Assembly: GCA_964304625.1 (NCBI GenBank)
Contig: OZ199838.1
Coordinates: 11,882,524 to 11,946,523 of the forward strand
Length of the DNA stretch: 64,000 nt
Origin: Kudoa neothunni
Lineage: Eukaryota > Animalia > Cnidaria
Direction: 5' to 3'
Part shown: in pieces, positions 1 through 14,400 of the stretch
Layout of the letters: the number at the start of each line of letters is the position of its first letter
Numbering within the stretch: the stretch's first letter is position 1
The notes under the pieces: generated by a model
Told to the model about the DNA's origin: nothing
What the model saw: only the letters and a program-made list of their open reading frames with translations
The model's database searches: none
Translations under genes and position numbers: made by a program

Positions 1-1042
1 TTAATTTAAACTCATTTATCAATTTTTAACAAGCAGGGTGATTCTGAATTTTCCGCATTAATTCCTCTGGTATCGTCTCAATGGGTAGATTTATAAAATG
101 AAAATTTTTGAATGGTGATTTTTGGGGCACGTTTGTTTGGCTATTGTAAAGCGAGCCAACGAAGAAATGTTGTAAGTATTATAATAAACAACGTTGGAGT
201 TAAAATAACGGTTAATTCGTCCTTGAACATTTTGAATTGCTCTGAAAAATTCCATTTTAAGGTTGTAAACATTTGCTTCCTGATACCGAGGGATGTGTAA
301 TTTTAATAGCTCAGAAAAATCAATTTTCACTCCAATGAAGAATTGATCAACTTATCCACTAGCTGTGGTTGTTTAGCTGTCCGCCCAAAAATTTCTCCAA
401 AATAACCACAATTGAAATTTAAACAGTACAATAATATTTATTAATAAAAGGTATAAGTTCGAGCAAACCAATTTAAAAGCGCTTCATAAGAAGCAATAAT
501 GACATCACTTTTCAGGTTTATTCCATGCAATTGGTATTTTATATCTTACAAAAGCTTAAATTTCTCTTCTCCAACTGAAAATAATTTATAAACTTGTTCT
601 ACAGATTTCAGTTATTTCAAAGTTTTTTTTAAATTTAAAAATAGTCTCACGAAATAGAACGCCCCACAACCAAATAGGATTAACGCGCATATTCGGACAT
701 GGTGGGTGACACAAGAATGCACAAACAGAGCAGTTTCTACTTATTAGTAAATGTTTTTACTTTTCATTTCAATTTAAATGTTTATATTACATAATATTAG
801 ACTCAAAAACGTGAGTGTACTATTAGTGAACAGTGTAAATAGGGCAGACAAGGTGTTGAATTTTTATTCCTTAAATTTGAAACAATTCTTACATAAAAAA
901 TTAGATTAAAAATAGCTCAATTCAAATCCGAAGTCAGATTTGAAATATCACCTATAACGGAGGAGTTATTCGTTTCCATGAGAATAGCCACTGTCTAAAT
1001 GAAATTTATGGTGTGCAGCCAGTGTCCTCGAAAACGTCTAAA

Positions 1043-3229
1043 ATGAGTTATAATAGAGAAATTTATTTTGTTGAAGCTGAAGATGAAAGTGTTAATGACG
1101 TATTATTTGAAGAAACAAAATCCGAAGATTTAGATGGAACCATAAATGAACTGGTCAATAATGAAGATGATTGTGATGTAAATGGCAGCGACTAAAATGT
1201 CGAAGATGCTTCAGAAATCTCCTATGTCGTGTCAGAGATGGAGAAAAGTAGTACAAAACTCCAACAAGAATTGAAAGGAGAGTAACACAGGAAAATACAT
1301 ACAAGGGGGCTGGGACCAGAATTTTCAAATTAAGCAAGACTTTTAGGGCAGACTCCATTGAGAGCATTTATTAATTTCTTGACCTCTTTTATACATGATA
1401 AGATCGTATATTGCACAAATATGTTCATCAAACTAGAAAAATCCAACATAAAGAAAATTGATTTGGAAAAATTCAACATTTATTTGGGTGAAGTCACACT
1501 TATTGGAGTGATGAAAGTGAAGAACGAGAATATTGGAAAGTTCTAGAGTAAAAAATACGGTCTATCATCCATAATAAAAAAGATATCCAGAAATCGCTTC
1601 GAAGAAATTACTACTTCTATTAGATTTAATGTTAGACGTAGTAGAAATCGTAATGACAAATTAGCTTCAATTAGACATAATTTTGACTGCTTCATAAAGA
1701 CATGCAGGGAAAGTTACAACCCATCCTCTCAGTTGACAGTTGATGACCAGTTTGTAACGTTTAGAGGACGATACTCCTTCAAAATTTTTATTCCATCAAA
1801 GCCTAGTAAGTATAGAATCAAAATCTGGGAGTTGTGGGATGCAACAAATGCCTATCTCTGCAATGCAAAAATTTACATTGGCAAGGAAAATGGAGTGGTT
1901 GAAAATAACCAAGGCGAAAGTGTAATGAAAGATCTAATGCAACCATACTTAAACAAAGGTCGAAATATAACTACAGATAATTTTTTTACCATTTTATCGT
2001 TTGCAAGGTACCTTATTTCAAATATGACTACTACTGTTGGAACAGTAAGAAAAATAAAAAATTTCTTGTTCCCGAATTCCAGTCACCAAAAGGTACTGAA
2101 AATGAAATAAAATTTCTTTTTCAGGACAAATATACTTCGGTGAAATTCAACCGGAAGAAAAACAAATCGGTAATTCTTTTAAGCTCTCAACATCGAAATG
2201 TTGAGATAAACATTGAGACCAAAAAGCCTGAAATTGCAATGTATTACAATTCAACCAAAGGTAGCGTCGATACTCTAGACCAGGGGTTCTCAACCGGGAG
2301 AAAATTTAAATGACAGGGGATAAATTAAATAACATCAAAATTAGATAGGGAGAATGTTTGCAATATGAGTTTGTGACGTACTTCCGGATTTTTAAGGAAT
2401 TATATTATTCAGGGCTATTAATCTCAATAAGAATTAGAAAAAAATTCTTTTAATATTTTTAGGAATAAGTTTTTAACAGTTATCTATAAAATTATTCTCA
2501 GTATCTTTGTTTTATGTCTCGTTTATGTATTTGTGGCGTAGCCTAATAATAATAATAATAATACTTAAAATGACTATTTTTAACTATTTCTAGTCCCTTG
2601 GAGCGATGGATTGGGAAAGAAGTAATTTTATTTAGCAAAATCTAAACAATAAAATCTGTATACAGTTTTTGAGTAAGAGTTGATGAAATTAAAAATTGTC
2701 ATTATGCAAACATACGCGCTTTTTAGTCCCAAAATTTACCCCTCAAATAGCGTCTGCTATAGCTAAACCAGTATAAAATCTTAAGGTAAATATAAAGTTG
2801 GCTTCCAAGTTAAGGGAAAAATTTGAAAAACGGTTGAAAACTCCAGCTCCAGACCGTATTTTCCGTTGGTATTCCATCAAGCGAGTTACTCGTCGTTGGC
2901 CGATGGCAACTTTTTTCAATATAATTGATATAGCTGCTTACAATTCTTATCTTTTGTGTATTAATAGAAGTCCTCAATTCCATGAAGCTAATAAAAAGCA
3001 TTCAAGATGAAAATTCTTAAAAACGCTTGCTGAATAGTTACTTGGTGATGACGACACTGCCAAATCATTCCAGACAAAAAACAGAATATTTTTCCTGAAG
3101 AGGCTTGTGACCCATTTGTTCTGTGAGTAAAAAGAAAAAAGTAGAATACCTTGTACAAAATGCCAACAGTATGTTTGTGAAAACCACCGAACTAATATTG
3201 TAGAATGTGGTACATGCCATTACAACTAA
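1043..3229 (+). mobile_element. Decayed piggyBac (PGBD) transposase, interrupted by a hAT MITE
   Basis: Fragments carry piggyBac motifs: TVDDQFVTFRGRYSFKIFIPSKPSKY, GRNITTDNFFT, and YNSTKGSVDTLD / YSIKRVTRRWPMATFFNIIDIAAYNS, which join once 2281-2854 is removed. The C-terminus is Cys-rich (CTKCQQYVCENH...C). Multiple stops and frameshifts; element ends not identified. Confidence 0.92.
2281..2846. mobile_element. Non-autonomous hAT (Buster/Charlie-type) MITE
   Basis: TIRs CAGGGGTTCTCAACCG (2281) and CGGTTGAAAACTCCAG (2831-2846) match 13/16. The 8-bp TSD is CTCTAGAC/CTCCAGAC, with the Buster nnnTAnnn core in the left copy. Confidence 0.88.
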
Positions 3230-3518
3230 AACATATTCATTATAATTGAAAATTTTTTCTTTTTTCTTCTTTTATTGGATGTTTAGATTTTTATTTTTTT
3301 ATATATAAAAAAATCTTAAAATATTCAATATTTTGTAAATACAATGATTTTTATATAATCATAATTCATCTGGAAAATAAAAATTTATTTTATATAGGCT
3401 TAGATAAAACGCGATAGATAATGCTGAAAAATTTTTAATAAAATTTAATTTTAAATAGTATCTATCATTTCATAAGGAGTAGAACAATTATTTTGTCTAG
3501 TACAAAGATGAATGACGT

Positions 3519-6202
3519 TTAGTCACTGGCTCTAGTTGCTACAAAAGCCACTCCTCCAATAACCACAGCCAAAGCACCCAACACTGCGAGAATACTAAAA
3601 AAAGAATTATGAACTTTTTTACTATATTTCATATCAAATTACATCCTACCTCTAATTCTTCTTCATCCAACCACTATATATAAAAAATAAACAATTATAA
3701 TTAATAATTTATATAATAATTATTGTTACCCAGTTCCTTGTTCTATACAAAATTATATAACAATAAATAGATAACCTAATAATTTACTTCCAACTTCAAT
3801 CTCTTCAATAAGTGCTGCAGATTGTCCATCGCCAGATAACAACTGATAACTGTAATTTATATCTATATCCTCAAATACAACGGAGCTTGCACAATCAATA
3901 TCTTGATCAGTTGGTTTTCCTATTTTCTCAAATAAGAATTTATCCTCGGGATCTTTGGGATTGACGGCGTAGATAACCACATTACATAAATTCCCTGGCT
4001 GAGTTTTGTCTGGTATGATGGTTAATCTCCTTTCGTAACCATCAAAAATGATGTCTGGTTTTACTTTATCATTATTTTTTCCTAAAAATAAAGTTACAAT
4101 GCTTTCAAATCAAGATTTAATCACTTAGCAGTCGCGAAACTTGATAAACTGTGTAATCAATGTGGCCAGCATGAACCAACTCGATATTTATGGTTACATT
4201 CACTGGCAAATCCACCACTTCGAATCTGTGAGAACATAAACCCCAACATGGTTTTCCATCAGAACAGGTGGCTATTGTTTTTTTAAATCTTCTGGATCTC
4301 TTGTATCTCACGTAACATGTCATTTTTGGAAGATACGACTCATATTCATTCCCTGTTCCTGGGATCATGATCATTGTATCACCGAAAAAGAATGTTTGTG
4401 TCTCGCTGAATTGTATTGTTTCTAATCATACTAAGTATTTATAATATAATATATGTATACTTGTGGCGAAAAATGAATTAACAGTGTATATGCCTGGATC
4501 AGTTTTCGATGAGCCAATTATCATCTCAAGAATGTATGCTGTGTTGGGAGTCAAAAGCTTTAGCGGTATCTTATTGTCACATGCTTCAGGGCAAGCTTCA
4601 TTTCTCTCTTTCCCGCATATCGCAGTCATTGGTAAACCAGGTAGATTCGCGTGTACCAATGATGGAAAACACTTAGGTGAATTCTCAAGGTTTGATACTT
4701 GATAACTTGCTGAGGTTGTTGTGATATCAGATATAGCAACAGTATTTTTTGTATCTTTAAAATATCGTAATTTATAGTTTAGTTAAACTTATACCTTTAA
4801 TTTTATATTCTGCATATCCGTGTCTAGTTCCAATTTTGACAGTATAATCAGTAGTAAGAGCACTACTTTGCCCATCCGCGACCAATGTGGTGGCTCCACC
4901 ACAATACTTGAAACATTCGTCACCCTGACTACTTCCAGTCTGACTACATTTATCCTTAAATGTACTACTCGTTTTTATTTTGAAATTGCAGATCTCGTTG
5001 TTCATATAAGGATTATGAATTTGTAATGGGAAATTAGTTTTTTGATCAGCTGATTGAGAAACAGTGAATGGAACATATTTGTATTTGTTATCTTTATTGT
5101 AGAAAGACTTGTTAGCGTAAAACATGACTTTAGCTTGATTAGCACCACAGTAAGAATAATAGGCACTGGACATAGCGTAGCGAATTGGTATAGTAATGTT
5201 ATGTAGATTACAGCTGTTATTTTCTACTTTAGCCAAAGTTCTATCATGTTTTGTACTTTTAACTCGGCATTTATAGTTGTCAGTGCAGAAATTGTTAACT
5301 CCGAATTGCGCCTCTTCTTCACTTAATGTTACATTAGTTTCCGGAAGTCTTGGCATATCTATTAAAGAATAAGCTTAAAATTATAGGTAATACTATTATT
5401 TACCTGCTGGAATCGCTAATATATTAATTTTTCTTCCTTCAACAATTCTGAAATAATGTACCAATCGCCCACTATTGACATTAATCACAACTATCTGATT
5501 ACATTTCGTTTCGCATACAGGTACAGTGGTTTCTTCAGCGCTTGTTCCAGATATTTTGCATATAGTCTCATTAAATTTGGCTCTAACCCCATTTCTAAAT
5601 AAATGGTCTATTTTGCAATCCTCATTTTCGTCTCCTTTCAGATAAATTGTAACTTCATCCATGTATGTTGAGATTTCTTGATCAACTATAGGTATATCTT
5701 CTGGATTTGTTGTAGTTTCGGGAGGAGGGGTAATGGTAGTAGTTTCGGTAGTTTCAGTTGAAATGTCACTATTAGTTGGCATGGAATCTTCATTTTCAGA
5801 ATTATCATCGGTATCAGAATCATCATCACTAGAATTATCTTCAGCTTCAAGATTACCTCCAACCTCAGGAACACCATCAGCATCAAGACTACCTTCAGCA
5901 CCAGGATTAACACCAGCACTAGAACTATCACCTTCATCCTGATTAGTCGATCTCATAAATATTGGATGAATATCCGACTGTAAAAGCTGGCCACTTTCAG
6001 CAGCATCATTATTGGGTCTGGAGGCTTCTTCTGCAACTGGTTTTTCCACTACTGGTGGAGGTGGTGGCGGGCGTTTAATTTGCTTAATGAAATACTTGTG
6101 ACAACATACTAAATATGAATATCAGAATTAAAAATGGCAAAAAGTTAACAATTTACTAGTTGTAAGAGCTGTTAAAAATACAAACAATATTGAGAGCCTC
6201 AT
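3519..6202 (-). CDS. Multi-exon orphan secreted/type-I membrane surface protein
   Basis: ATG 6202 gives a signal-peptide-like MRLSILFVFLTALTT. It is followed by poly-Pro, an acidic tract, a Thr-rich tract (TETTETTTITPPPETTT) and Cys-containing domains in collinear ORFs 5396-6049, 4772-5356, 4426-4659, 4117-4374 and 3753-3980 separated by short introns. C-terminal hydrophobic ILAVLGALAVVIGGVAFVA, then TRASD* (stop 3519-3521). Internal exon limits are approximate. Confidence 0.75.
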
Positions 6203-8413
6203 TTAATTAATTCTTCGTTATTAATCATTCATCGGAGTTATTGAAGTCACTAAAATTACGTCGCCAATAAACGATAATAGTCTATAAGAATTAGTTAATT
6301 AATACTCATATTTAAGCCAAAATTTATTTTACTGTTAAGAATATGAAATTTATTTTTTAAATAATTATGGTGTAATAGTCATACAAAGAAATAAAACTCG
6401 AGCCCTAATAAACGTGTATGAGGATTAAAAATCATTGAATCTATTCAAAGTAATTAAAGTAAGACTATGGCATTCACATCCACATCTACAATTACATTCA
6501 TTGATTGAATAAACGCATAAAGCGGAATTTATCAATAATCCCTTTAAATAAATTGAATCGAAATGAATTTGGATTCACTAACACAATAAAATTCATCTAT
6601 TCCGGTTATGTTTTATTATAATAACGTTAAGAAATTTTTAATACCATAAATGTCAGTCTTTTTATAAGTATTTAACTGTTATGTACACAACGTATGTATC
6701 AAAATTTTAATCACATGTTTGTTTAATTTGATTTCTTATTCGGATACCTGAATATAAAACTCATAAAAATATGTTTTGGTTGTTGGAAACATTCTTTTTT
6801 CATTTCATTGAACTAATTTTCAATGTAGAAACTCATGATGATATTTCGTAACTTATGCTCTACTTACCGCGTAACAATATTCGGTTTCCACCATGCGTTA
6901 TCTCAAATACTCCTTTTCTTGTACCAAATGATTAATTCTGAACATTTTTGATATTTTAATTCTTTTGGAAATTTTGATTATGTATTAAAAATAAATATCC
7001 AGACTGGCGCATACTTTTCATCTTCACAGGGAATGGGAATATTTTGCATCAACAAATCTTTTAACAAACTAAAAAAATATTAATCCCGTTAATAAAATCA
7101 GATAGGATTAAACTATTTTTTTAATTATCATCTTTAACGTTTGTGATTTGCGAAGCTAAAATTCTGTTCATTTTAGACGGATCATAAATTAGCAAAAACT
7201 CCATAGTTAAATGAAAACACGACAATTTCTTTATTTCTCCAATAATATAACTTTATCCGACAAACTTTAACACACTCTTTTCTACAAACAGTTACATTAC
7301 CTCTTAATATCACCCTAAATAATTATTAATTAGATAAAATGAAATTATATCAATGTTGAATGTTATTGCTACAAATTTTATTTATGCGGCGCCTTTAATG
7401 AAATCTAAGGATACAACCCCAGTATTAAAGGCTTTAATCCATCTGACTATAACATACAATACCAACTAATCATTAATTAATCCAATCTAGATCTTGACGT
7501 ATTCAAAGCCACTAATGAACGTTACAAAGTGTACTTATCAAGTCTAATTTATTGCCTGCATAAGGCGTGTATTTGGTTACACACCCACGTTATATATGCA
7601 GATAGATGACATTTTTAAATTAACGGTTCTTTATTACATATTGGAGTGAATGTTAATTTAAACTGGCTGTCACTCTGAAATGGAAAGATTTTAATCTTAA
7701 GATGGAACTCCTGCAATCCGCTCAGTAAACTCAAACCCAACAAAATCACCATTTTCTAAATGCTACTCTAACTTTTTGGAGATTTGGAAACAAGATTTTT
7801 TAAAATATTTTAAACTACTAAAAATTTCATAAATATCTATCCATATAAAAAAATGTTGGCTACCTACACAAGCGTACCTGCTGACCCATACAAACATACG
7901 TACATTTTGCTTTTAACGTATAGTAGATAAACATATTCGAAATTATTAAAAGAGTGATGAAAAATGACGCAAATTTAACCTAATAATATTATTTTGTATG
8001 TAATATACTTTATCGAAAATGTAATATTTCAAACTCAAATTGATACTTTACACAAACACTACAAAAAAACCAACCTAATTTATCTCTATATTTACTCATA
8101 ATATATTTAAAAAATGTACTTCAATTAAATGTAAAAATGATGTTTATATATAATCTAGGGAGAATTAATCACTCTTAAAATAGTTGTTTAAATAATTATT
8201 ACTATTTTATACATACTGTTCATAGATTGTTAATAATAAGCTACTTATATAAATCAAGTTAAGAAAATGCATTGGAAAAGGATGGACATACTATCTAAAT
8301 GACAAATAGTAAATATTCCAATAGGCAATTACAGGAAACAAATATAGACATGCGTAAAAATACACGTTTTACATTATCCAATCAATATAGCAAATAATAC
8401 ATGATAAGTTTGA

Positions 8414-11400
8414 TCACATGTTTTGATTAGAATCCTTTTTGTTAGACGTGGGAGGCTGTCTTCCCGGGACAGAAGATTTTGTGGCGGAATAACTAACGAG
8501 AGGAGTAGTTCTACCAGTGGGACTATATGGGGTTTGATGGCAGGTAGCCGTGTAGACATGAGATTGTGGAGAATGTTGAGGTGAGACAGCAGCAGAGATA
8601 GTAGGGGTGTATGACAAATTCCCAGCAGTAGATCTGGCCGGCGAATAAGAAACAAGGTTATGACCTGGAGATTTGACGCTGGTGGGCGAATAAGCCATGG
8701 CTGTAGACAAAGGGGTGTACTTAGAATTGATGCCCGAACGACTTTGTTGATCACCATATAAATTGCCTGGGCTATATACGTAAGATGGTGACATATGCAA
8801 CGAACTTTTAATGTGAGCAGGTGATTCGGCACCACGATACGACATTGAGCCAGTAGGCATTCCATAGCTAAGAGGGCCGGCATTAGGTGATGTTGGAGTT
8901 TGTCTGGCTGGTGACAAATCCGAACTGCGAAGTGATCTAAGTTGTGAGGCCGACATACCTGAGCTTAAAGGAGAATGAGTCGGGCCACTTGACATGCCAG
9001 CGGGCGATCCAGTATATAAGCTGCTGACCGAATGCTGAGATGAGTTGGGACTTGGTACAAAGTTTTGATAGCCCGAGAAATTAGTCGAATAGTTTGATCC
9101 AACACTACTTCCACCACCCGAATATGGTGAAGTGGGTGACTGAGAAGCTAAGTTCGAGGACTGGTGCAGTTTGCCAGAGAACATACTGTTAGGGCTGGCG
9201 GAGTAGTTCAGAAGTGAGGAGCCTGGCGACATTCTACTGTATTGAGATGAGGAGTAACCGGTGGCCGGACTTGCTGAGATATCAGACATAGGAGAGAACT
9301 TGGAGACAGGTGTATTTGATCCCACAGCAGACATAAAATGGGCGCCAATCATACCAGGATTCATATAACTAGGTGCGTTCCTGTTGAATGGAGTTGTACC
9401 TTGTGGAGAGTGAATGGAAGGAGTGTGCATTGAACCCATAATAAGACCCGAGCTCAAACCAGACAAAGCAGAAAATCCACCAGAATCGACCTTGGTAGTA
9501 GGAATTTCGGTGGCATTTCTGCACATTTCAGGGTCGAGCATCAACGAAAAACAAGCTGTTCCAATAGGAGCAATTTTTCCTAACATCACATTTTCAGATA
9601 CACCATTCAAGTAGTCCACCTCGGAATGGAAGGAGGCATCAATTAAAACATCGACAGCCTCCTCAAAAGAACATCGCATCAACGCGCCCACTTCCTGTTT
9701 ATTGATACCATGTCTATTGATTGGCATGAGGTATCCTTTGGAGGTCATAATATCGCACATCAACGCCAAATGTCTGTAATTCACGTAAGATCCATCAAAA
9801 GAGATCACATGTTTAAGTTCTCGTTCAAGAACTTTACGTGTAGCTTCGATTCCAAGAACAGAAAAGATTTCACAGATATCATTGGAGGAGGTGCGACGGG
9901 GGTCGACATCAGGATCGCGTAATACATGTTCCAAACCATTACCATCAGTTTCAAGGATCCATTCTGAGATAGCCTCAATCTCCCCGGATTGATTGATAAT
10001 AATTTTTTTCTTATGGAGTTCGCTGGTGGGTTTATGCATGTAGACTTTTTTGATAGATGAGATACCTTGCAGAGGCATGTCATGAAGAATGTGTCCTTCG
10101 ATCAACCGTAAAAATAATTCACTATCAACATTTTTAGAGATTGCCTCTCTTCTATCACCATTAATACCACCCCCGATGGCACCAAAATTATCCTCGACAT
10201 CGTCTTCATCATCCTCATCTTCTTGATTTTTATCATTTCGATTGATAACACGTATTTGGATGACCAACGATTCAGAGTTATCATCACTATAGATAACGGA
10301 GATATCTTTTCCAAAGTGTCTAGAAATTCGTTCAGCGATACACTCAAGTGAGAGACGTTTGTCGATAGTTTTCTTTCGATCAAGTTCAATTCTAAGCACC
10401 CAAGGGGACACTGAAGAAACATCAAAATCGGGCATGCTTATGAAATCGTCAACAAAATGTTTATCTTGTACCAACGTGGTATTGTATATGTCAGGGTCAT
10501 AATGAATTGAGGAGTATAACGTGATATCGTAAAGTTTGGTGTGTTCCAATCGACATAAAACATCTTTTGCACGTTCTACATCGACTGCAGCCTGACCTTT
10601 CAAAAAAATAGTTAATGAAGGGGTTTTAGCAACCTTGGCCACATTCAGGATTTCCATTAAACGAGGAACACCAAGAGTGACATTTTTCGCAGAAACACCA
10701 GCATAATGGAAAGTGTTAAGTGTCATTTGAGTGGCAGGTTCACCAAGCGACTGAGCTGCAAGAGCTCCTACCATCTCTCCAGGATTTACTTGAGCAAAGT
10801 TGAATCTCGATTCGACCTCACCGATAACATACTCAAAAGCTTCTCGGTTGAGTTTATTTTCCATTTGAAGTTGTCTGCAGCACAGCATACTGCGAATGTA
10901 ACAAGAGAACAACATGATCGAATTGAGTTGGGCTTCTCTACTAATTAAATCATCCCCTTTGATAACCGTTAATCGATTTATCAAACTTTTAACTTCAGTG
11001 ATAATAACTTGGGGATGTAGATCGGAGGGTTTTCTAAAATCGACACCAAAAGTTTTTTGTGCATTCCATATGATACGTTTGATGTTGGCAGGTAGTGCAA
11101 CTCTTGTCTCACCAAATGGGAACAACTTTCTAAGAAAATCTCTGTCGTGTTGCAACTGCTCAAATTCATCTTCAATTTCTTGTATCAATTGACTATTTGT
11201 CATTATATCAATAACAATATCTTCATCGTAATGCTTTCTAAGTTTCTTCTCGTCCAAGATGTCGAAATGGAAACCTTTATAAAATTTAGCATCACTCTGT
11301 TTGATTGTGTTGAGGAATTGGAATTCGATAAACTCGCCGGACATGCCATCTTCACCATAACAAAACTGGACCATATAACGATTGGAGTTTCTCACAGTGC

Positions 11401-14400
11401 CATCATAATGAACCATAACACTTTCCATAGCTTTTACCAAACGACGTTGAATGTAACCTGTTTCTGATGTTTTCACTGCAGTATCAATGACACCTTCTCT
11501 ACCTCCCATGGCATGGAAGAAAAATTCGGATGGTGTCAATCCACTCAAATAAGAATTCTCAACAAATCCACGACTCTCCGGGCCGTAATCATCTTTGATG
11601 AAATGAGGTAGAGTTCGATGTCTGAAACCGAATGGAATTCGTTTTCCTTCAACATTTTGCTGACCAACCACAGCAATCACTTGAGATATGTTGATTTTTG
11701 AACCTTTGGAGCCAGCAACAACCATAATTTTAAAGTTGTTGGAATCGTTGAGAGATCTTTGAGCGTAACTACCAGTCTTGTCACGACAGCTATTAAGAAT
11801 ACGATTGACTTCATTCTCGAATGTTTGTCTGAGTGAATTTCCGGGAGTGGGTTTCAATTCGTTGTAATGAGCCTTTTTAATAACTTGCATCACCTCATCT
11901 TTGGCTTCGAGTATGTTTTGTTGGATTTGTTGATAGGTATCAGAATCGGCAATACAATCACCAATACCAATACTATGACACTCGGTCATTAACCAATTGT
12001 TTGTTAATCGTTGAACCCGGCTGAAAAAAGCTTTTGTCACATCAGGGCCTAATTCAATAGCAATGATATGGATAAGTGAACCAGACGACGTGCCCATGGT
12101 CTTTTTACATAAAACTCCACTCAAATGGACACCATTTTCAATGAGAACACGAGTGTCACCAGGTGACAGCCATTTGAGAATAGGATCTGAATCCTCGCTG
12201 TCCGGATGAGCGCTGTGGGTGCTAGTGAGATTTACCGAAGGAGGAACAATCAACGAAAAAAGTTGTTTGCCAGTCCATAAAGGTTTAGGTTTGAGAATAG
12301 CGGGATTAGGAATTTTACCATCCCAATTGTCTATCCACATGAGCAAGTTCATCAACTCAGACATCTCAATGAAAACGTCCCGACGAGTCATTTTGTAGAT
12401 AGCAGTGAGAGCATCCTGTACGATTCCCATACACGGCCTGTTGGCTTGGGGCGTTATGACCATTTTGGGAACCATTGCCAACTCTTGCAGTTCAGCTTTA
12501 GCCTCCAATGACTGTGGTACGTGCATATTCATTTCATCACCATCGAAATCTGCATTATAAGGCGTTGTCACACTGAGATTGAGTCTGAAAGTCGACCACG
12601 GCAACACTTTCACACGGTGGCCCATCATGGACATTTTGTGAAGACTTGGTTGTCGATTGAATATTACAATATCATTATCGACCAAATGTCGTTCAACTTT
12701 ACAACCAAATTGCAATTTTATATCGGAAAGATTGTTCAGAAAGCGCAAATCAATACGATCACCATTTTCTCTGACAATATATTTGGCGCCGGGATACTGA
12801 AGTGGGCCCCTTGCCACAAACATTTGCAATCGTTCAATATTCAATGGTGTCACCAGCTCGGGCACTGTCAAATTCATAGCTATAGATTTTGGTGTACCAA
12901 CTTGATCGATGTCAAGATTGGGGTCAGGGGTGATAACGGTACGGGCGGAAAAATCCACTCGTTTACCCATCAGATTGCCCCGAATTCTACCCTCTTTTCC
13001 CTTGATACGTTGTTTGATAGCTTTGAGGGGTCGACCAGATTTTTGGATGGCTCTCGGAAGACCCGGATTTTCGTTGTCAAATAATGTAGCCACATGATAT
13101 TGCAGCATTTTCCAATCTTCCATCAGAATGTGAGCTGCTGCTCCGTTGGTTTCATTGGTTTTGAGCTGGTTATTGGTACGAACAATGTCAGCCAGTTTAT
13201 GGGTGAGATCATCTTGGCTTCTCATAGTGCCAGTAGAAATGATAACTGGTCTCACACAGATAGGTGGGACAGGAAGCACACTTATGATTAACCATTCCGG
13301 ACGCCCCTAAACGTACCAAATTAACATATATTTTGATTCCATTAAAAGATTAGGATTAATGAAATTTAAAAAATACTTAATGGCACAGCAAATAAATCAA
13401 TAAAATAGAAACTATGAAATAAATGAATATATAAATAGTGCGGTTTCTATGGTGAAATTGCAGACATAGAATAAAGGTACATGCCCATCATGGGTATCAC
13501 TTAAAATAACTAAAATTTTCCTGAGGAAATAAGTATACTTAATCTTCTAAAACGAGCATTGTAATTAACTTTAATAGATTTGGATTCTGATTTAGCAGCT
13601 AAATAAAAGTCAGCTCTTCCACCAATGAGCGATTAAATGACATTACTCCTAACTGAATTCTATGTCTTAGCCCTAGTATTCCTCTTCCGCACCTATAAGG
13701 ATATTCACATTGACCCTACACATTTAATCATAATACCGTTAAGGCGTGTTTAGCTAGTATTTTATAAGAAAACAGCTATTGTTAATGATCATAATATTCG
13801 AGTCGGATTAGACAAACATACCAATCTCAATAAGTTAAACGCTTAAGCCAGCTATAAACAGAAGTTGTTATTATCTAAAATGGTGATTACACGAAGGTCG
13901 TATATTCATTAATTTATTCAAATTTCTCCGCAACAATAACCACCGTTATTTTTTACCCTAGCATCCACATCTATACAATGAATGCACAATTTATATTTAG
14001 AATCTGATACGGTTAATTATTTAGGACTCTTAAAGGAGTAACAGAAGGGTCAAAAACAATAAACTATTTTTAAAACTATACATAATGGATTAAATTTGTA
14101 TGGGCAAATAAACATTCCAATAATAAATACAATGCAGCCTGCCACTGCAGCTCCAAAACATGTTAACTGTTACCATAACATTATCAACAATGGAAGAATT
14201 ATATGTTTATGACTGTTTCGAAAAAACTCCATCACAGTAATTAGTCAATAGTTCACAAGATCATTATACGTAGTATTCATAGTTAATATTAAATGATACG
14301 ACGTTTGGTCATTTTATGAATATAAAATCTTCAAAAAATTCTTAAAATGAATTAAGAAAATACTACTCGACGTCACATAATTAATCGACAGTAGGTCATT

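Noticed and set aside
6600-7800. Coding-like degraded sequence between the surface-protein gene and RPB1
   Set aside because: Stops in all frames and no identifiable motif; probably an old TE relic.
8374-13291. Alternative-frame and antisense ORFs over RPB1 (e.g. 8374-8883, 12521-13084, 11147-11467)
   Set aside because: These are shadow ORFs of a long, GC-richer coding exon and show no independent motifs.
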